Shown here: positions 20,966 to 62,796 of the stretch, piece by piece | How the letters are laid out: every line of letters begins with the position of its first letter | Position numbering within the stretch: the first letter of the stretch is position 1 | Assembly (NCBI GenBank): GCA_963693365.1 | Contig: CAVNZM010000005.1 | Location: forward strand, 5,401,167-5,465,166 | DNA from: Amoebidium appalachense | Taxonomy: Eukaryota; Protista; Ichthyosporea | Direction of reading: 5' to 3' | DNA length: 64,000 nt | The notes under the pieces: generated by a model | What the model saw: the letters and a program-made list of their open reading frames with translations, nothing else | The model's database searches: none | What the model was told of the DNA's origin: nothing | Program-made: the position numbers and the translations under genes

Positions 20966-23222
20966 ACACGTGTGTCTCGGTATGATAATGAAGAGGGATA
21001 AGGGGAATGTTAGGCTCAAGCTCATTCTTTTTTCTGCTTTCTTCATTCAAGGGACGGTAAGGGGGGAGGGGGGGAAAAGGGGAGGGGGGGGGGGGGGGGG
21101 GGGGAAGGTGGGATTGGCAGACTTTTAGCACAGAGAAACAAGATAACAAGCAACGGGATACATGGTCCATGATACCGGAGTAGTGGGGCTACTATTGGGG
21201 GTGGTGGGGAGGGGAAGGGAGGGGGGGGGGGGAGGGAGGGGAAGGGGGGGGGGGAGGGGGAGGGGGGGGGTTCTGAGGGGGGTAACCTGATTGAAATCGT
21301 ATTCTGAGTGGGCAGCATTATCAGCCACAAACTCGATTTGCCCTGCTCTGGAGTCAGCCAATAGGTGCGAGGGGCTGGTCTCAATAAGGAAAGAGAGGAC
21401 GACTCCCTCGTTTTGATTGGGTGTGACACGGTGGAAGGTGATGATAGTCCGTGGAAGGGCGGATGGAAAGGCTACAGCTGACACGTGCGGCCCCGTAGTT
21501 CCATATTTGGCAACTGTGTCGCTTACCTAATTTGGAAAGAGGTTATACGCATGGTGAGTACTTGTTCCTTCAACTTGGGCCTTCACCTCTTCACACTGGG
21601 TTGCACTGAGTTCAAATATGGTGACCCCCCCCCCCCCTCCCCCCCTCCCCCCCTCCCCCCCACATACACACACCGGCCCAACCTCTCCTTCCCATTATCA
21701 CCCCTTAACACGGTACCAAATTCGACAAAAACCCGAGGAAGGGCAGTGGTGATACTTGAAGGGGAGGTGAGTAGGAGAGGAGGGGGGGATAGGAGGGAGG
21801 AAGGAGGGCATGCGGAGTATGGAGGAGGGGGAGGAGGGGAAAGGGGGGGAGAGGGGAGGAAGGGGAAAGGGGGGAGGGGATGGGGGGGATGGGGGGGATG
21901 GGGGCATACATCAACGTCGACTTGTGCGGGACTGGTGTGTGAGCCGGTGGGGGTGGTAAGCCGGTAGAGGAGGGCAAAACGGATGGTTGCTTGACGTTGG
22001 TGGCAGGTGACGTCATCACTGCATGAATATCGGATGTAAGTCGTGGGTGCTTGCTCTGGAACAAATAGAGACGAGATAAATCCTTACTTACTAGCATCTC
22101 CAAGATTCTCCATCCCCCAATTCCCCATCCCCATCTCCCCCAAGGGGATGTGTGTAGTGTTATGGTTATGTAAATTAATGGCCGAAGGAATGGTGTGTGT
22201 GTGTGTGTGTTTGTTTGGGTGGGGTAACGATAGTGGGACTGGGGGCAGCACTGAGGTGACTGAAAATAAAACAATAGGATGGACAAAAAGGGAAAGGGGA
22301 GGGGGGAAACAAAAGGAGTTTGTGTAGGGTGATGGAGGGGGGAGGGAGGGGAGGGAATGGGTGTGGTTTGCCCACCTCAGTTTAACGATGGCTTGGGGCA
22401 TGCTATTGGCAGACCCTGGGCCCTGTTGGACCGTAGCAGAGAGTACACGTGGTTCGCAACCAATCACATAGCGCACCACCTGAGGAGAGTAAAAAGAAGC
22501 TGCTTGTGTGAGGATTGGTGAACTGGACGATAAAGATCAGTTTTGTAATGCCTGTGTATGTATGTCCGAGAGTGGTTGTGAATTGAGATATATTCGTTGG
22601 CAAAGGTGGAATATAAATCGTCAGGTCCAAATTAATGCGTGGGGGGGGGGGGGGGGGGGGGGAGGGGGGGGGCGGGTGGGGGTCTTTTTTTTTTTGGGGG
22701 GGGGGGGGGGGGGAGGGAGGGAGGTTGGGGGAGGGGGTAGTAACCTTCTCCAAAGTCACCATGCCGTTGCCTTCCATTTTTGGCAAAAACACAACAACGT
22801 CATTGGTCGAAAAGAGGGTTGCGGGAACCAGTCGTTTCCCGATTTGGGCAAAAGGCATCACAGCGATTGGCTGGTCCTTTGTGGTGCTTCCGGATTGTTC
22901 CGGTGGGCAGGTGTGAGGGGGCAGGTGGAGGAAGAATGTCGTCTGGTGGGGTGTGCATTTGATGGATGTGTTCTGCGGGTGGTAAAATGTTGTTATTGGT
23001 AAACACTGATAAACTGGTCCTTTCCCCCCCCCCCCCCCCTCCTCCCCCCCCCCCCCCCCCCCCCCCCCACCTCCGCCGTCCCCCCCCCCCCCTCCCTCCC
23101 TGCCTCCAGCCTTTTTGTTTGTATCCCACAAAATCACACTGATGCGTGTACTTGCTTGCCACCCGAAAACCAACGCTGCCTCATATGGATGCACGGATAG
23201 AAGGGACTAAAGCCCGAAAAAT

Positions 23223-23262
<40 letters not shown>

Positions 23263-24432
23263 AGTTAGAGTTTGGATATCATTTTTTGTTCCTTCCTTTT
23301 TTTTTCTTTCTTTCTTTCTCTCTTTCTTTTTTTTTTTTTTTGTCCTCAGCTATCTTTCAGCAGTTAGAACATTTTGCACAAACACGATGGGGCGGGAAAG
23401 CGATACCTTGCAGGCCACAGCCATGGTGGGGACACGAAGAACCTGTGGTTTTCCACATTCCATGGGCTGATCTAAGGCAATCAGAACCTGTTGCTTGCAT
23501 TCCTTTGAGATCGGGGAGGCTGAACCCATCACTGTCAACGAACCAATAGGCATGCTGCGCTCCTGGATTTGGTATGTACCGGCTAATAGGAAGTAGGGAT
23601 CTTGGGTGGTGGCGTTGATGGTGTAATTAACGCTGCCATTTGATTGGGTTGACTCCGAATCTGTGCGGGATTTAAGTTGCTTGTGAACTCATGGTCCTCG
23701 GGGTCTACATATGTACAAGCCATCTGCGTATATGATGTATTGGTTGTAGGGGGGGTAAATATCGGGGTAAAAAACGCACCAAACGTGAAGTGTATACACA
23801 GGCACACGTGGGCAAATACCCATGCACATTCCATCATAAAGGGTGCCCACAGGTGCAGGAATAATACACAGACTGCGCACATACATTCAAATCGCACACT
23901 ATATTTATGAGGAGCACACACCCTGTTACACACACAAATTATGCTTGAACAGTTGAACACTCACAAGCGCGCACACACACGCACACACACCCCCACGCGC
24001 ACACAACCGCACACACACAAAACCAAACACACGCACAACACGTACACGATTTCTGTACACTCCTAACATCAACCAAACATGAGATACAAAGTGTCTTCTT
24101 ACCTGCTGTAAACGTTATCTGTGCACTCTCTTCTCCCCCGACATCGATTTCTCCGCTTTCTGCAACAAGTCTTCGCGGTATTGAAATTTGCAGAGATCTC
24201 TCGAAAATGATCTCCCGATGGAAAGAAACTGTAACCCTGTGTGGCCGTTTTGTCAATTTTTAGAGGTACTTGAAAAAGTTGGCGAGTCACGGGGAGCGCA
24301 AAGAGATGGGAGTATTTTGGACTTTTTGATGAGAGTAGGGGGGGTGTGTATGGGTGTGTGGGTAGTGGGTGCGGGTGTGTTGGGGGCGGGGGGGGGGGGG
24401 GGGGGGGGGGAGGAGGGGGGGGGGGAGGAGGA

Positions 24433-24466
<34 letters not shown>

Positions 24467-25031
24467 TCAAGCAATGGAATGACGATTGCTGCACCATGTG
24501 TAATGATATTGATTGTGACTAGTGAGCAGTATGTCGTACGCAGGTGGGCCTGGGGAAGGGATATCATTGAATGATATATCTGGGAGAGGACGAAATTTTT
24601 GTAGTGCCAAGAAGGAAGCTAATTAGCAGTGGAAACGGTTGTTCAGTGATACATGAAAGACTCGGCAATGTTTGAATACGGAGAAGCAAAAGAGAAGAAA
24701 AAGAACGGGAGGTGGGGGGGGGGGAGGGGGGGGGGAAGCACTGCAAGAGGCTATCCGGTCGGGGACTACATACCCATCACCAACCAGCTCCACCATAGTG
24801 TAGTTGAAGACACCAACCAAGAGCATGTCCCCATTATTGCCTGCATTTGATTGGTTGAAGGAGGTGAAGATGCACTTTGATAGGCTGACAGTCACGCGCA
24901 CCTGTGGGCTGCATCCGGCCGTGGTGGTTTCCTATTGGTTTGGTAAAACGTTAGACGAACTGGATATCTCAAGTTCTGCAACAACAACAACAACAGCAGC
25001 AGCGGCAGCAACAAAAACAACAACAACAACG

Positions 25032-25062
<31 letters not shown>

Positions 25063-26633
25063 CCCCACACACAAAAACATCTAGATCCCCGGGGTCTCCC
25101 CCAGTAAAATCTTTCTATACTCGATTCTACTCCATGCATTATGCCCGTGTGCATATTTATGCATTTGTGTACAACTTCTGGCAGCGGCACCATGTTTGGC
25201 GGTGTAGCCGTCAGTACGTTCATGTACCTCATCCCATATACATGCAAACGACTTTCAAGATGCCTATTCAGTAAACAGCCCGGCAGACTCTTCTTGTTAT
25301 CACGTGCACGGCATTTCTTGTAGTATATTAGCACCCATTCACCTGGACATCAAATCAAAACAACGGAATAATTTGAAAAAGATAACATACCGACACCACG
25401 TGCATGTCTTCTGATGCGGCATTCTGCCTCAAGGCGGATGATGTGCATGACCCAACAGATATCTGAGTGACCTGACTGCTGAATTCGGAGGGAAGAGACA
25501 GCAATAGCTCAAGTGAATCTGCAGGTGTGAGCAAGTTAGATAAAGCTTAAGTTAGCTGTCATGAACGAGTAAAAAAGTTTTTTCGGCGAGCATTGGTTTT
25601 TCACGTCTACCTGTACGGGTGCACCTTTAGAGGTTGCGCGGTAATGTTTGTTACTGTTCACACTAGACAATGGCAGTGCCCCCATGCCCGTCAACCGTGC
25701 ACCAGCCTTTTATGACTTTCTAATTCGTTGCATATACCAATCGTGGGCTGCAGGCCACCTCACTTAGCTAACCATTTTTCTATCGTGTGCACATGTGGCG
25801 TGTCACACCTGGAGCTAAATCCCTCAAAATAGGCAACAGCTAGAAAACACAACAAGAGTACAGACACGGGCACTTACTTTTTGCGGCATATTTGATGTCT
25901 TCTATTTGCAGTCTGTCTTCAGTCACCGTCAGCCTTTGTGAGATGTTGGCCGTGCAATTATCTGTGCGTTTGGTTGCACATTAGTGGTTCTGCTAATGTT
26001 AGTCATAAACACAGGCTTATTCACTTCCCGGCCGGCTATCATATGATATCTCAGGCAAACCCATGCTAAACCAATGAAACACAAATCCAGATAAAATAGC
26101 TGGGATCTCAAAGATGCTACTGTGGAGGAAACCAGTGTGCATGTACCGGTGGAGCGCAGATAATGCTCTGCAGTATCATGCAAGATGGCCTGTCACAATA
26201 TAAGTTGTTGATTCCGTACTGTTCTGCTAGACTATGATGTTTCTTTGAACAACCAGGCCCTACTGTACGTAGTCCAATGATGTGTGACCTGTTATAGCTG
26301 CCACTGCACTTGAACCTACTCAGATACTGTTTGCACATGCTGCTACTCAATTTGATGCATACCTGCCAGCGCGGAGTTCAACAGACACGGCTTTTCTGGA
26401 TTTCTCCCACCTTGATGCAGATACCCTCCAGGACACACACAGTTTTTGCCATCAAACATTGCTCCAATATCCCCAGGACATGGTGTAATTGGCTGTGTGC
26501 CTAGATTGGCAGGCGGTTGTTCGGTGCTGCGTCCCGCTGTGCTTGTGGTAACTGTTGCTGAAAGAGGGGAGGCGTGTGGGCCGGACAACAGCCCGGCCAG
26601 TAGCAATATTGATGTTGCTATTTGTATCCTCAT
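19438..26633 (-). CDS. Type I single-pass membrane protein (~878 aa): signal peptide, Cys/EGF-like motif, beta-rich ectodomain, TM, short tail
   Basis: Minus-strand exons, all GT-AG and phase-consistent, total 2637 nt: 26633-26363, 25961-25878, 25518-25391, 24931-24774, 24236-24103, 23660-23407, 22972-22745, 22479-22376, 22018-21910, 21526-21287, 20903-20522, 19982-19438. N-terminus MRIQIATSILLLAGLLSGPHASP is signal-like. CPGDIGAMFDGKNCVCPGGY...PC motif. Many NxS/T sequons. TM segment IVCLFGGSMGLIVCLCCIFGYA followed by basic KMRRRH. Confidence 0.8.
24979..25063. repeat. (AAC)n/(AGC)n trinucleotide repeat, intronic
   Basis: Visible caacaacaa/gcagca run between exons 25391 and 24931 of the membrane-protein gene. 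Confidence 0.9.
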
Positions 26634-28061
26634 CTTCTTGATGTTGATGTTGATGTTGAGACTGTAAGTAGGTGGTGCCAAACCAATTGAAATAGATGTG
26701 GACTTTCTTTTCCGTTTCCATGTACATAAAAACAATAAAAAAATAGGAATATTCGACGCCCGGGATTGTTTACTGTTCCTCATCGACGTATGAATGGAAC
26801 GAATAAAGCCTTGATGCTTGTAGTTGGCAGTTTAAGAGTGCGAGTCGGCCCGTTGGAAGTGTAGGCAGAAGGATCATATGAATGCCCACATGGACCCTTT
26901 ATGTTTAAGTCATGCAAGTAGTGTTGTCTTTCCTATCACAAATGACAAGTGCTCTGACTATTCGAACGGTTCTCCATCTGAAGTCGTCACTTGACGGAAC
27001 TGAACGATGTTAGTCATCTTTGGCTCCTTTTTGTTATCACCTCCAGGCCAGGGCCCCGAATCCCTTGCGTTGGTCGATCGCCGGCTGAGTACAGGCCCGG
27101 GTGGACGCTGTGCTAGACGCAGATCTGTAACTCCCCGCGCAGTCGCGAATAGTCATCATAGATTCTAAAGCGCTAGATTCCTAATGGTTATTGTAGGCAA
27201 AAATGCTGCATAATTATAGCAGCTGGCTTGATTTATACCGTTTATTTCACATCTATATGTATTTTATATAGCAGGTTTTCAGGAAGGTGTGCCACGGGCA
27301 AGTCACGCACATCCGAATCACTTGATGAATTGATGCGTTGGCTTCCATGTTTTGGTTTAGGGGATACCAGATGTTAGCCAATCAGTGCTATTGATAAATG
27401 TGATTGGCTTCTGGAGTAAAGGGAGACACCAGCATAACAATGGAACAAGTTTACTTTACAACTCCACTCTTTTCGAACATAGCCAGGGGATTTACAGGGA
27501 ATAAGAAAAAACATATTGCAGCTGATACATGATTATAAAACGCCCTGGTGTACCGCTATTTTTTAGAAAGGATAAGTTTTATCAAGCTGACGCCAGCAGA
27601 GCCCAGTAAGGGAATTTCGAAATCGTGGAATTCACAAGATCTTTAGATCTGCGACCGTGCGAGAAGGACTGATAAAGTAGTGCCTAATGATTGGGTCCCA
27701 GGAAATCTATGCATTCCAATACAATCACAGCGCCTATCACAGCAACCCGCCTAATCACTCCAGTCCCCGAGGTTGGTGCCATAATGGTGGCCCAAGCTTA
27801 TGCACGTGCACAAACACTATCACATTGCTGTAAATGTGCTTACGATGTGCCAAAACAGGCACAAGTCAGCTACCTAGCAACCTGCCTTTGTTTTTTTTGA
27901 GTGCAGATATGTAATCCCTTGTATCTTGTACCGTCTCATTATCACCCTACTGATCTGCGAATCTATTCATGCATATCATTCCTCCCCTTCTGTATCGCGT
28001 CACTCTGCATTTCGGTGATTCCTCTCAGAAATCCTCCTTTGTGAATTGACGCATGCTACAG

Positions 28062-28272
28062 GCCGAACTGTTTTGAATGTCCAATGAGCGGCGCCACGTG
28101 TGCTGGCAACGGTGCGGGCACTGCGGTGGGAATGCAGCCTAGCAAGCAAGGCATTTATGATCACGCATGCAGTACCTACCTGTACAGCATGGCTTTTTAT
28201 GGCCAAACGCTCACCGATTGTTGCCTCCACCACTACGGATACCGCGTAACGCGCTGGCCTTGCAACGTGTGA
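28062..28272 (+). CDS. Possible terminal exon of a small Cys-rich protein
   Basis: After the acceptor ctacag (28060-61) the frame reads PNCFECPMSGATCAGNGAG...ACSTYLYSMAFYGQTLTDCCLHHYGYRVTRWPCNV-stop (7 Cys). Upstream exons not resolved. Confidence 0.3.
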
Positions 28273-28726
28273 TATGCTGCATGCAGGCATGTGCTCTGAA
28301 GCTAGAATATGCGTTTATGCATGGCACACGTACGTCCGACCATCATGATGACGCACGCGTTTATTCAGGCAATCAAGAGAGAGTTTTGTAGAGTGTCCCT
28401 AACCCACCCTTCTCGGCCTTTCCACCTCTTTGCTTACATGTTGCCTTAGCCTCGAGTTCCCTCACTGTAAGGCTTGTTCTTCTTTCTACTCACGAGCTAA
28501 ATATCTTTCCGTGCTCAACGGCATACATCCTGTAACTATGTTGCATCCGGGACCCCCCCTTCCCCTCGAGGCTCGCTAAGGGGGGGGGTGGCTCGCTATG
28601 GATACTAGTACGTAGAGCTCATTTGCAAATCTAAATTAAACCATCAAATTTCGAATTCTATCGCCACTCGGCGGCGATTAACATAATATTGGCAACTCCT
28701 CCCCTTTAGCTCCCCCTCCCTCCCCT

Positions 28727-28775
<49 letters not shown>

Positions 28776-29160
28776 ACACCACCACCACACCACAAACCCG
28801 CATACTCACACCCCCCCCCCCACCCCCTTCCTTTCCACATTCCTTTCTTTTCTAATTCTCCCGCAGCTTCCCTTCCCCCCCCCCCCCCCCCCTCCCCCCT
28901 CCCCCCCCCCCCCCCCCCCCCCCCCCCCACCACACACACACACACAGTATCTACTTGAAGCCAACAGACGCCCGTTCAACTTCAGAATTTCGGCACCTCA
29001 GAATAATATTGTTCCTCCCCTCCCCCATCCCCCCCCTTTTCTTCCAAAGAAAAGGACCCCCCCCCGCCCTCCCCTCCAAAAAAAACAAAAAAAAAAAAAA
29101 ACTTTTCCCTTTGTCCTTCCGTGGCAACTGCATATAAAGTTTATTCCAGCTACGACCCCC

Positions 29161-29220
<60 letters not shown>

Positions 29221-29256
29221 ACCACCACCACCACCACCACCAAAAAAAAAAAAAAA

Positions 29257-29389
<133 letters not shown>

Positions 29390-29587
29390 GGGTGGGTGGG
29401 GTGGTGGTGGTGGTGGTGGCCAAGGTGTGGGGCGGGGGGGGATGGGAGGGGGATGGGAGGGGGAGGAAAACAGCCATCCACCATCATTAATGCTTCTCAG
29501 GTGTTTCGTTAAAAAACCTTTGGTTTGATCTTTTTCCATGGGCCATATAATTCTCGTGTGTATGTGCATTTGTGTGTGTGTGTGTGT

Positions 29588-29619
<32 letters not shown>

Positions 29620-29810
29620 AGGTCGGAGGAACAAGGGAGGAAGCACGGCCACAATGTGTGTGGAGTCACGGGGGCATTGCCTCAGAAAATGAAATCACCA
29701 ACATCTGTCAATGATCCCACTCTGTGGTCACGCAGCAGTAAAGTTTACATCACCATGACTTCATGTTGAAATGCCATCATTGAAATTGCTGTATCTGTTT
29801 TCTCGCCCCT

Positions 29811-29856
<46 letters not shown>

Positions 29857-29873
29857 ACGCCCACCCACCCATC

Positions 29874-29925
<52 letters not shown>

Positions 29926-30651
29926 AGAATGAAAGGAAAATTCTGAAGTACCCGTAATGGGCCAAACCTGCTACTGTAACATGCACCATGATGGGCCACA
30001 CCTTCTTTTCTAACATTTCACTTCCTCAGGCTTTTTTCAAATTGAAACAAAAAACAAAAATCGTCGATGAGAGGGAAATTTCTATTTTCCATGTGGTGGC
30101 CCACCTGTCAGCCAATCACATTCACTATCCTGCTACACTATAATACTGTCGGCCTACTTGCGGTCCCATATTTCGACTCTATGTACCATGATCTACAATC
30201 TCGCATTATTTGCGTCATTTTTGCACCATCGCATATATCAAATCGATCACTTATTATAGGCAAGTATTGCAAATTCTAACCATTTGAAATTTCTCAATAT
30301 CTCAAATATACTCATAGATATCCCTCAGCCGCCTAATACTATACTTTCATTGTAGGCTATGAAATGAAATGAAGAAAATGTGAACCCCCCCCCCCCCCCC
30401 CCTTTTTTTTTTTTTCAAGGAAAACACCACCCACACATGCAACACACCACATACCAACATCGCGTATTCCTAACTTCCCATCTATATGTAGTATTCACAA
30501 ACATACACAACAGGATATGGAAAAGGAAGCATTTGCTAACAAAATCACAACAAACCTTTTAAAAAAAAAAAAAAAAAAAAAAAAGACACCAACTCTAAAC
30601 AGATCCCCCCCCCCCCCCCCCCCTCCCCCTTTTCATTCTCACATTCATTCT

Positions 30652-35281
<4,630 letters not shown>

Positions 35282-36400
35282 GTTGATATCGAAGGCTAAA
35301 CGGACAATTTAACCTCGAGATCTACTAACAGTTATAGAGTTGAAACCTCTTTGTATGTCACTTATATACCGCCAACTTTCACACTAGTCTACCCTTATTA
35401 TTTGTGCGTGTTTACATTGGAAACTGAAGAAAAAGTGAGAAGAATCAGGCTATAAAAACCTCGTGGTGAGTCGTGACAAGAACAACTCAGAGCTTCATTG
35501 AGCTTGGGTGCTTGGGTGTAGGAGTACTTGGGCTTTCATACGTTGTGCATGCTGCAGATATTTCTACACAAATTCACCAATATATCTACAGTGTCCAGAA
35601 ATTACTGGTGCCCGCGAAAAGAGTTACATGACTATGTAATAAGAAACATACATAGACGCCTAAGCATAAATTTCGGGCCTATGATACGCTGATAAAATAG
35701 CTAAAAGCTTTTACGTGGTGTGATTATCTAGTAAGGGCTGTTCCAAGCTGTACCGGTTGAAGACTTTGAACGTTAATTTTTGTACTTGTTGGATATAGCA
35801 GCAAAAATAGCTGAAAGAAAAACCGGATTTATGTATGTAAGCCCCTCAAGCACTTCCACCAATCATATTTCAGCTGACCTATTGGTTGCGCATTTTGATT
35901 GGTACAAAGTTGAAAGGTAGTATCCCCCACGACTCCCCGTTGTGCGGTGTGATCAAGCCTGTGGCACGGTGCTCTGCTGGATATCATACGTATACAGAAT
36001 GGTGGCAACAATACCATACGGGAAAAAGTCTGAATAATAGATTCAGCGTTGAACTTATACTTCTGCCATGTCTGGCTGCATGTACAGGTCTATAGAGTTC
36101 ATATAGTCCTCTTAAATGATATTCCTATTTACTCAGTGTAGTGGACCGTGGTACGAGCCTCGGCGTTGGGGGGTTTTCGATATTTTGGCAGTAAGAAAAA
36201 ACAGAAATGTTGAACTTTAAAGCGTTCCTGAAACTAAAACCCAAACAACTAATACAAACTCACTCTGGTAAATTTCAAAAGAAACGATTTTCAAATAAAA
36301 AATAAGGGGAAAAGAGAAAAAAATTGGTTTTTGTCAACAATGCCAAGATAAATCCGAATCATGCAAGGCTCGAACCCCTTTGGCACCCCAACAAATTGAA
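35282..36400. promoter_or_regulatory. Repeat-free divergent intergenic region, probable promoter(s) for the CRAL-TRIO gene (-) and the NSD transcript (+)
   Basis: The genes are head-to-head. The region lacks microsatellites and has CCAAT/ATTGG boxes at ~35859, 35881 and 35898. No TSS data. Confidence 0.4.
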
Positions 36401-36474
36401 GTGTCGGGGGAACAAGCCCCCCCCCCCCCCCCCCGCTCCCGCCTCCGCCCCCGTCCCCACTCTCCCCCTCCCCT

Positions 36475-36511
<37 letters not shown>

Positions 36512-37468
36512 AACACGCACACACAAACACGCACACACACACACACAAGACAGGCAGGCAGGCAGGCAGGCAGGCACGCGTACGCACGCACACACGCACA
36601 CGCACACACATTCAAGGCCTTCTACACAGCCACATTACGAAGCCGTGACACGCACATCCGCACACGCATGGTGACACATGCACACACCCACCCAACAAGA
36701 CACACACTTCGAAATTTAGGCACACAGCATGTGCAAATCACCATCGTACGCCCAATATAACATATTTTGGCAAGCAATCATAAGTATCCTATCGATATAT
36801 CCAACGCTAAGCAGGATTTTGACTAAACCCCTGTCACGGTGCTTCAGTTTATAAAAGTGATGTACCTGCCGGTAATTCACCTCCTAGTTGACTTCAGGGT
36901 CACCCTTCACATATCGAGCAGGCCCTGAGGCTCCCCGCCCTCCCCCCCCCCCCTCCCCCCGCCCCACCCCCCCTCTTCCCCTCTTCCCCCCCCCCCCCCC
37001 CCCCCCCCCTCCCCCCCGGGACCCCTGGTCAACACATCCACAACCACCCCGTCGCCAAATTGCGCACGGAAAGCCTCGAACATGTTACACAGTCAAAGCC
37101 CCAACTCCCCCCCCCCCCCCCCCCCCTTTTCCCCTCGCCCTCCCCCATTCGCCCTAAGGCTCTCTTCGGGGTCCTCTCCCCCCCCCTCTCTCTCCCCCCT
37201 CCTCTTTCCCCTTAGATTTTTCTCAAACTGGGCTCAAGCTGGACTCAACCAACTCGATCTCCTTCTGAACACGTTCAAAAAAAAGTATTTCTGAAAGTTG
37301 AACTTCACTTTTGCTTCTTTTTTTGCACCGTTGTGCCCATGCATTCTACTATTGGCGGTTGTGGAAGAACATAGTCCATATAAATGCCTGTGCGTCTTTT
37401 GGGGTTTAGAGTATGTAGTATAAAGCCAACCTTCAACCCTCCCGACCCAACTCCCCCCCTCTCCCCCT

Positions 37469-37501
<33 letters not shown>

Positions 37502-38374
37502 GGCCCCCGGGCCCCCACCTCCTCCTCCTTTCCCCTAACCCCACATACCATATCTCCCTCACCTTCCTTACCCGTCTTGCTCGCATTTCCACGGCCATCA
37601 CATCTGCACTAGCGTGCCTTCATTTTTTGTCGCACCAATCCGCTTCCAGAAACAGAAATGGTTAAAGTGTGGAGAGGTCGAGACCTATGCGGCATTTGGT
37701 TTACACGTGTGGTCTCCGACGGGGTGCACTGCCACTCATGCTTTCTTCCATTTCTACAAGCTCTAAGACGAAAAAAGCGAGGAAAAAAAAGTGCCTCGAC
37801 GGCTTCCCCTTATTTCCCCTCTCAGCAGCATACCATGGCCATCATGATATTAGTTTGTTAGTTTCAAATCATTGTGTTTTTTCAGCTTTGCTCAGGGAAG
37901 TGTGCATTATTCTTCATCCAATCAAAAGCCCGCAGCATTCCCGCCAATTTTAACCAGTCATATCAAGCCATTATAGCCTATTAGTTTACTAATCACTAAT
38001 CAGAACATTGCACTACCTTGTAGCCGTCTTATATTCTCTAGATCATGCAAGTGTATTGGTGATGAATGAAAAAGGGCGCGCAAATTCTCGCCGTCAACAC
38101 AGTGCCACTGCGACCTGATCAGCTTCGTTCTGCGCTGAACGAATAACCTCTTGCACTCACTCAAGCGTACACCATCAGTACTAACTATTTAGATACAATT
38201 CTTTATTTTAACTGTTTTAACATTTAGTTTGTTAGTCGTAAAGGCTGGCTTGTACGAAATACACACACTATCCCGCACATCAATCACGAGCTATTCACAT
38301 CAAACTTCTAGAACGTTTCCGTGGGTAGGGGGAAGGCACCGGTGTTTCGTGTGACTGACTGCTGCCCGAGCAGC

Positions 38375-61626
<23,252 letters not shown>

Positions 61627-61886
61627 TGGTGGTGAATGGAAAAGAGAGCGCACACACATGAAGGGATTGTGTGTAGTGTTTTTCGGTTTCTTCAATTGCC
61701 GGGATTTGGTATTCCTATGTTTACCAGAAGGACCACCGTCGGTAAAATCGATTCGTTATCTTGTGCGTGCTTTATCTATATCATGATGCAGTCTCAATAC
61801 ATCAGTGGTGGATTTTATTGTTAGCTAGTGTTGCTTGGATGTATACACATGTGCTTTGGTTTAATCCGTCTCTCTCTTTTTTGTGT

Positions 61887-62036
<150 letters not shown>

Positions 62037-62054
62037 TCTTTTCTTTTTTTTTTT

Positions 62055-62085
<31 letters not shown>

Positions 62086-62243
62086 GGTGCTTTTGTTTGT
62101 CGGTGTGCATTGTGTGCTACCTACCAGAGAATACATAATTCACGAGTGCACACCGACACACACAGACAGAGTCAAAGTTAGTGATCGCGCGAGCTTTTGA
62201 CGGTTTGATTACCGAAACAAGATTCAAGGGAGAAACCTCTCGA

Positions 62244-62665
62244 TTATTCTCTGGTGTTCTTTTTTTTCCGATTTTCCTCATGGGTATTTTTCTTTATTTT
62301 TCTGGTTCCTGAATAATTCAAAAGGCTTGCATGCCGAGTATCAGCATAAATCTTAGTAGATATTCTTAGAAAATTCTTTGGCAGAAATTGCTCTGTATCA
62401 TAACTGCCAAAATGTAAATCCCGTTGCCCATATAAGGGATGCCCGATAAAGAAATATCTATAATAAACTGGTGGATTGCCTTTCAAAAAAACTATGCTCT
62501 AAACAAGACAAATAAACATTACCCACTCTGGGGTTAAGGAGGTGTGTTGCTTGTGAGCGCCATACGTCTGTGGTGTGTCCAACCCCATCCCCTCCTTCCC
62601 CCCCCCCCCACCCCCCCCCCCCCTCCCCCCTCCTCCCTGCCAAACAACCCCAAATACCCCCCCCC

Positions 62666-62696
<31 letters not shown>

Positions 62697-62796
62697 ACAC
62701 ACACCTCCCCCCTCCCCCCCCTCCCCCGTCCCCCAACACAACAATAACAACACTGCAACACCATTCGACTCGCCCACGTCGTGTCACCGGATTGGC
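62244..62796 (-). CDS. Possible 3' exons of a convergent minus-strand gene
   Basis: Candidate exons 62796-62762 (QSGDTTWASRM) and 62498-62244 (SIVFLKGNPPVYYRYFFIGHPLYGQ...stop) join in phase with GT-AG. No family recognised. Confidence 0.3.

Noticed and set aside
28225-28245. Phospholipase A2 call from DCCLHH
   Set aside because: Catalytic His-Asp and the following CY are absent.
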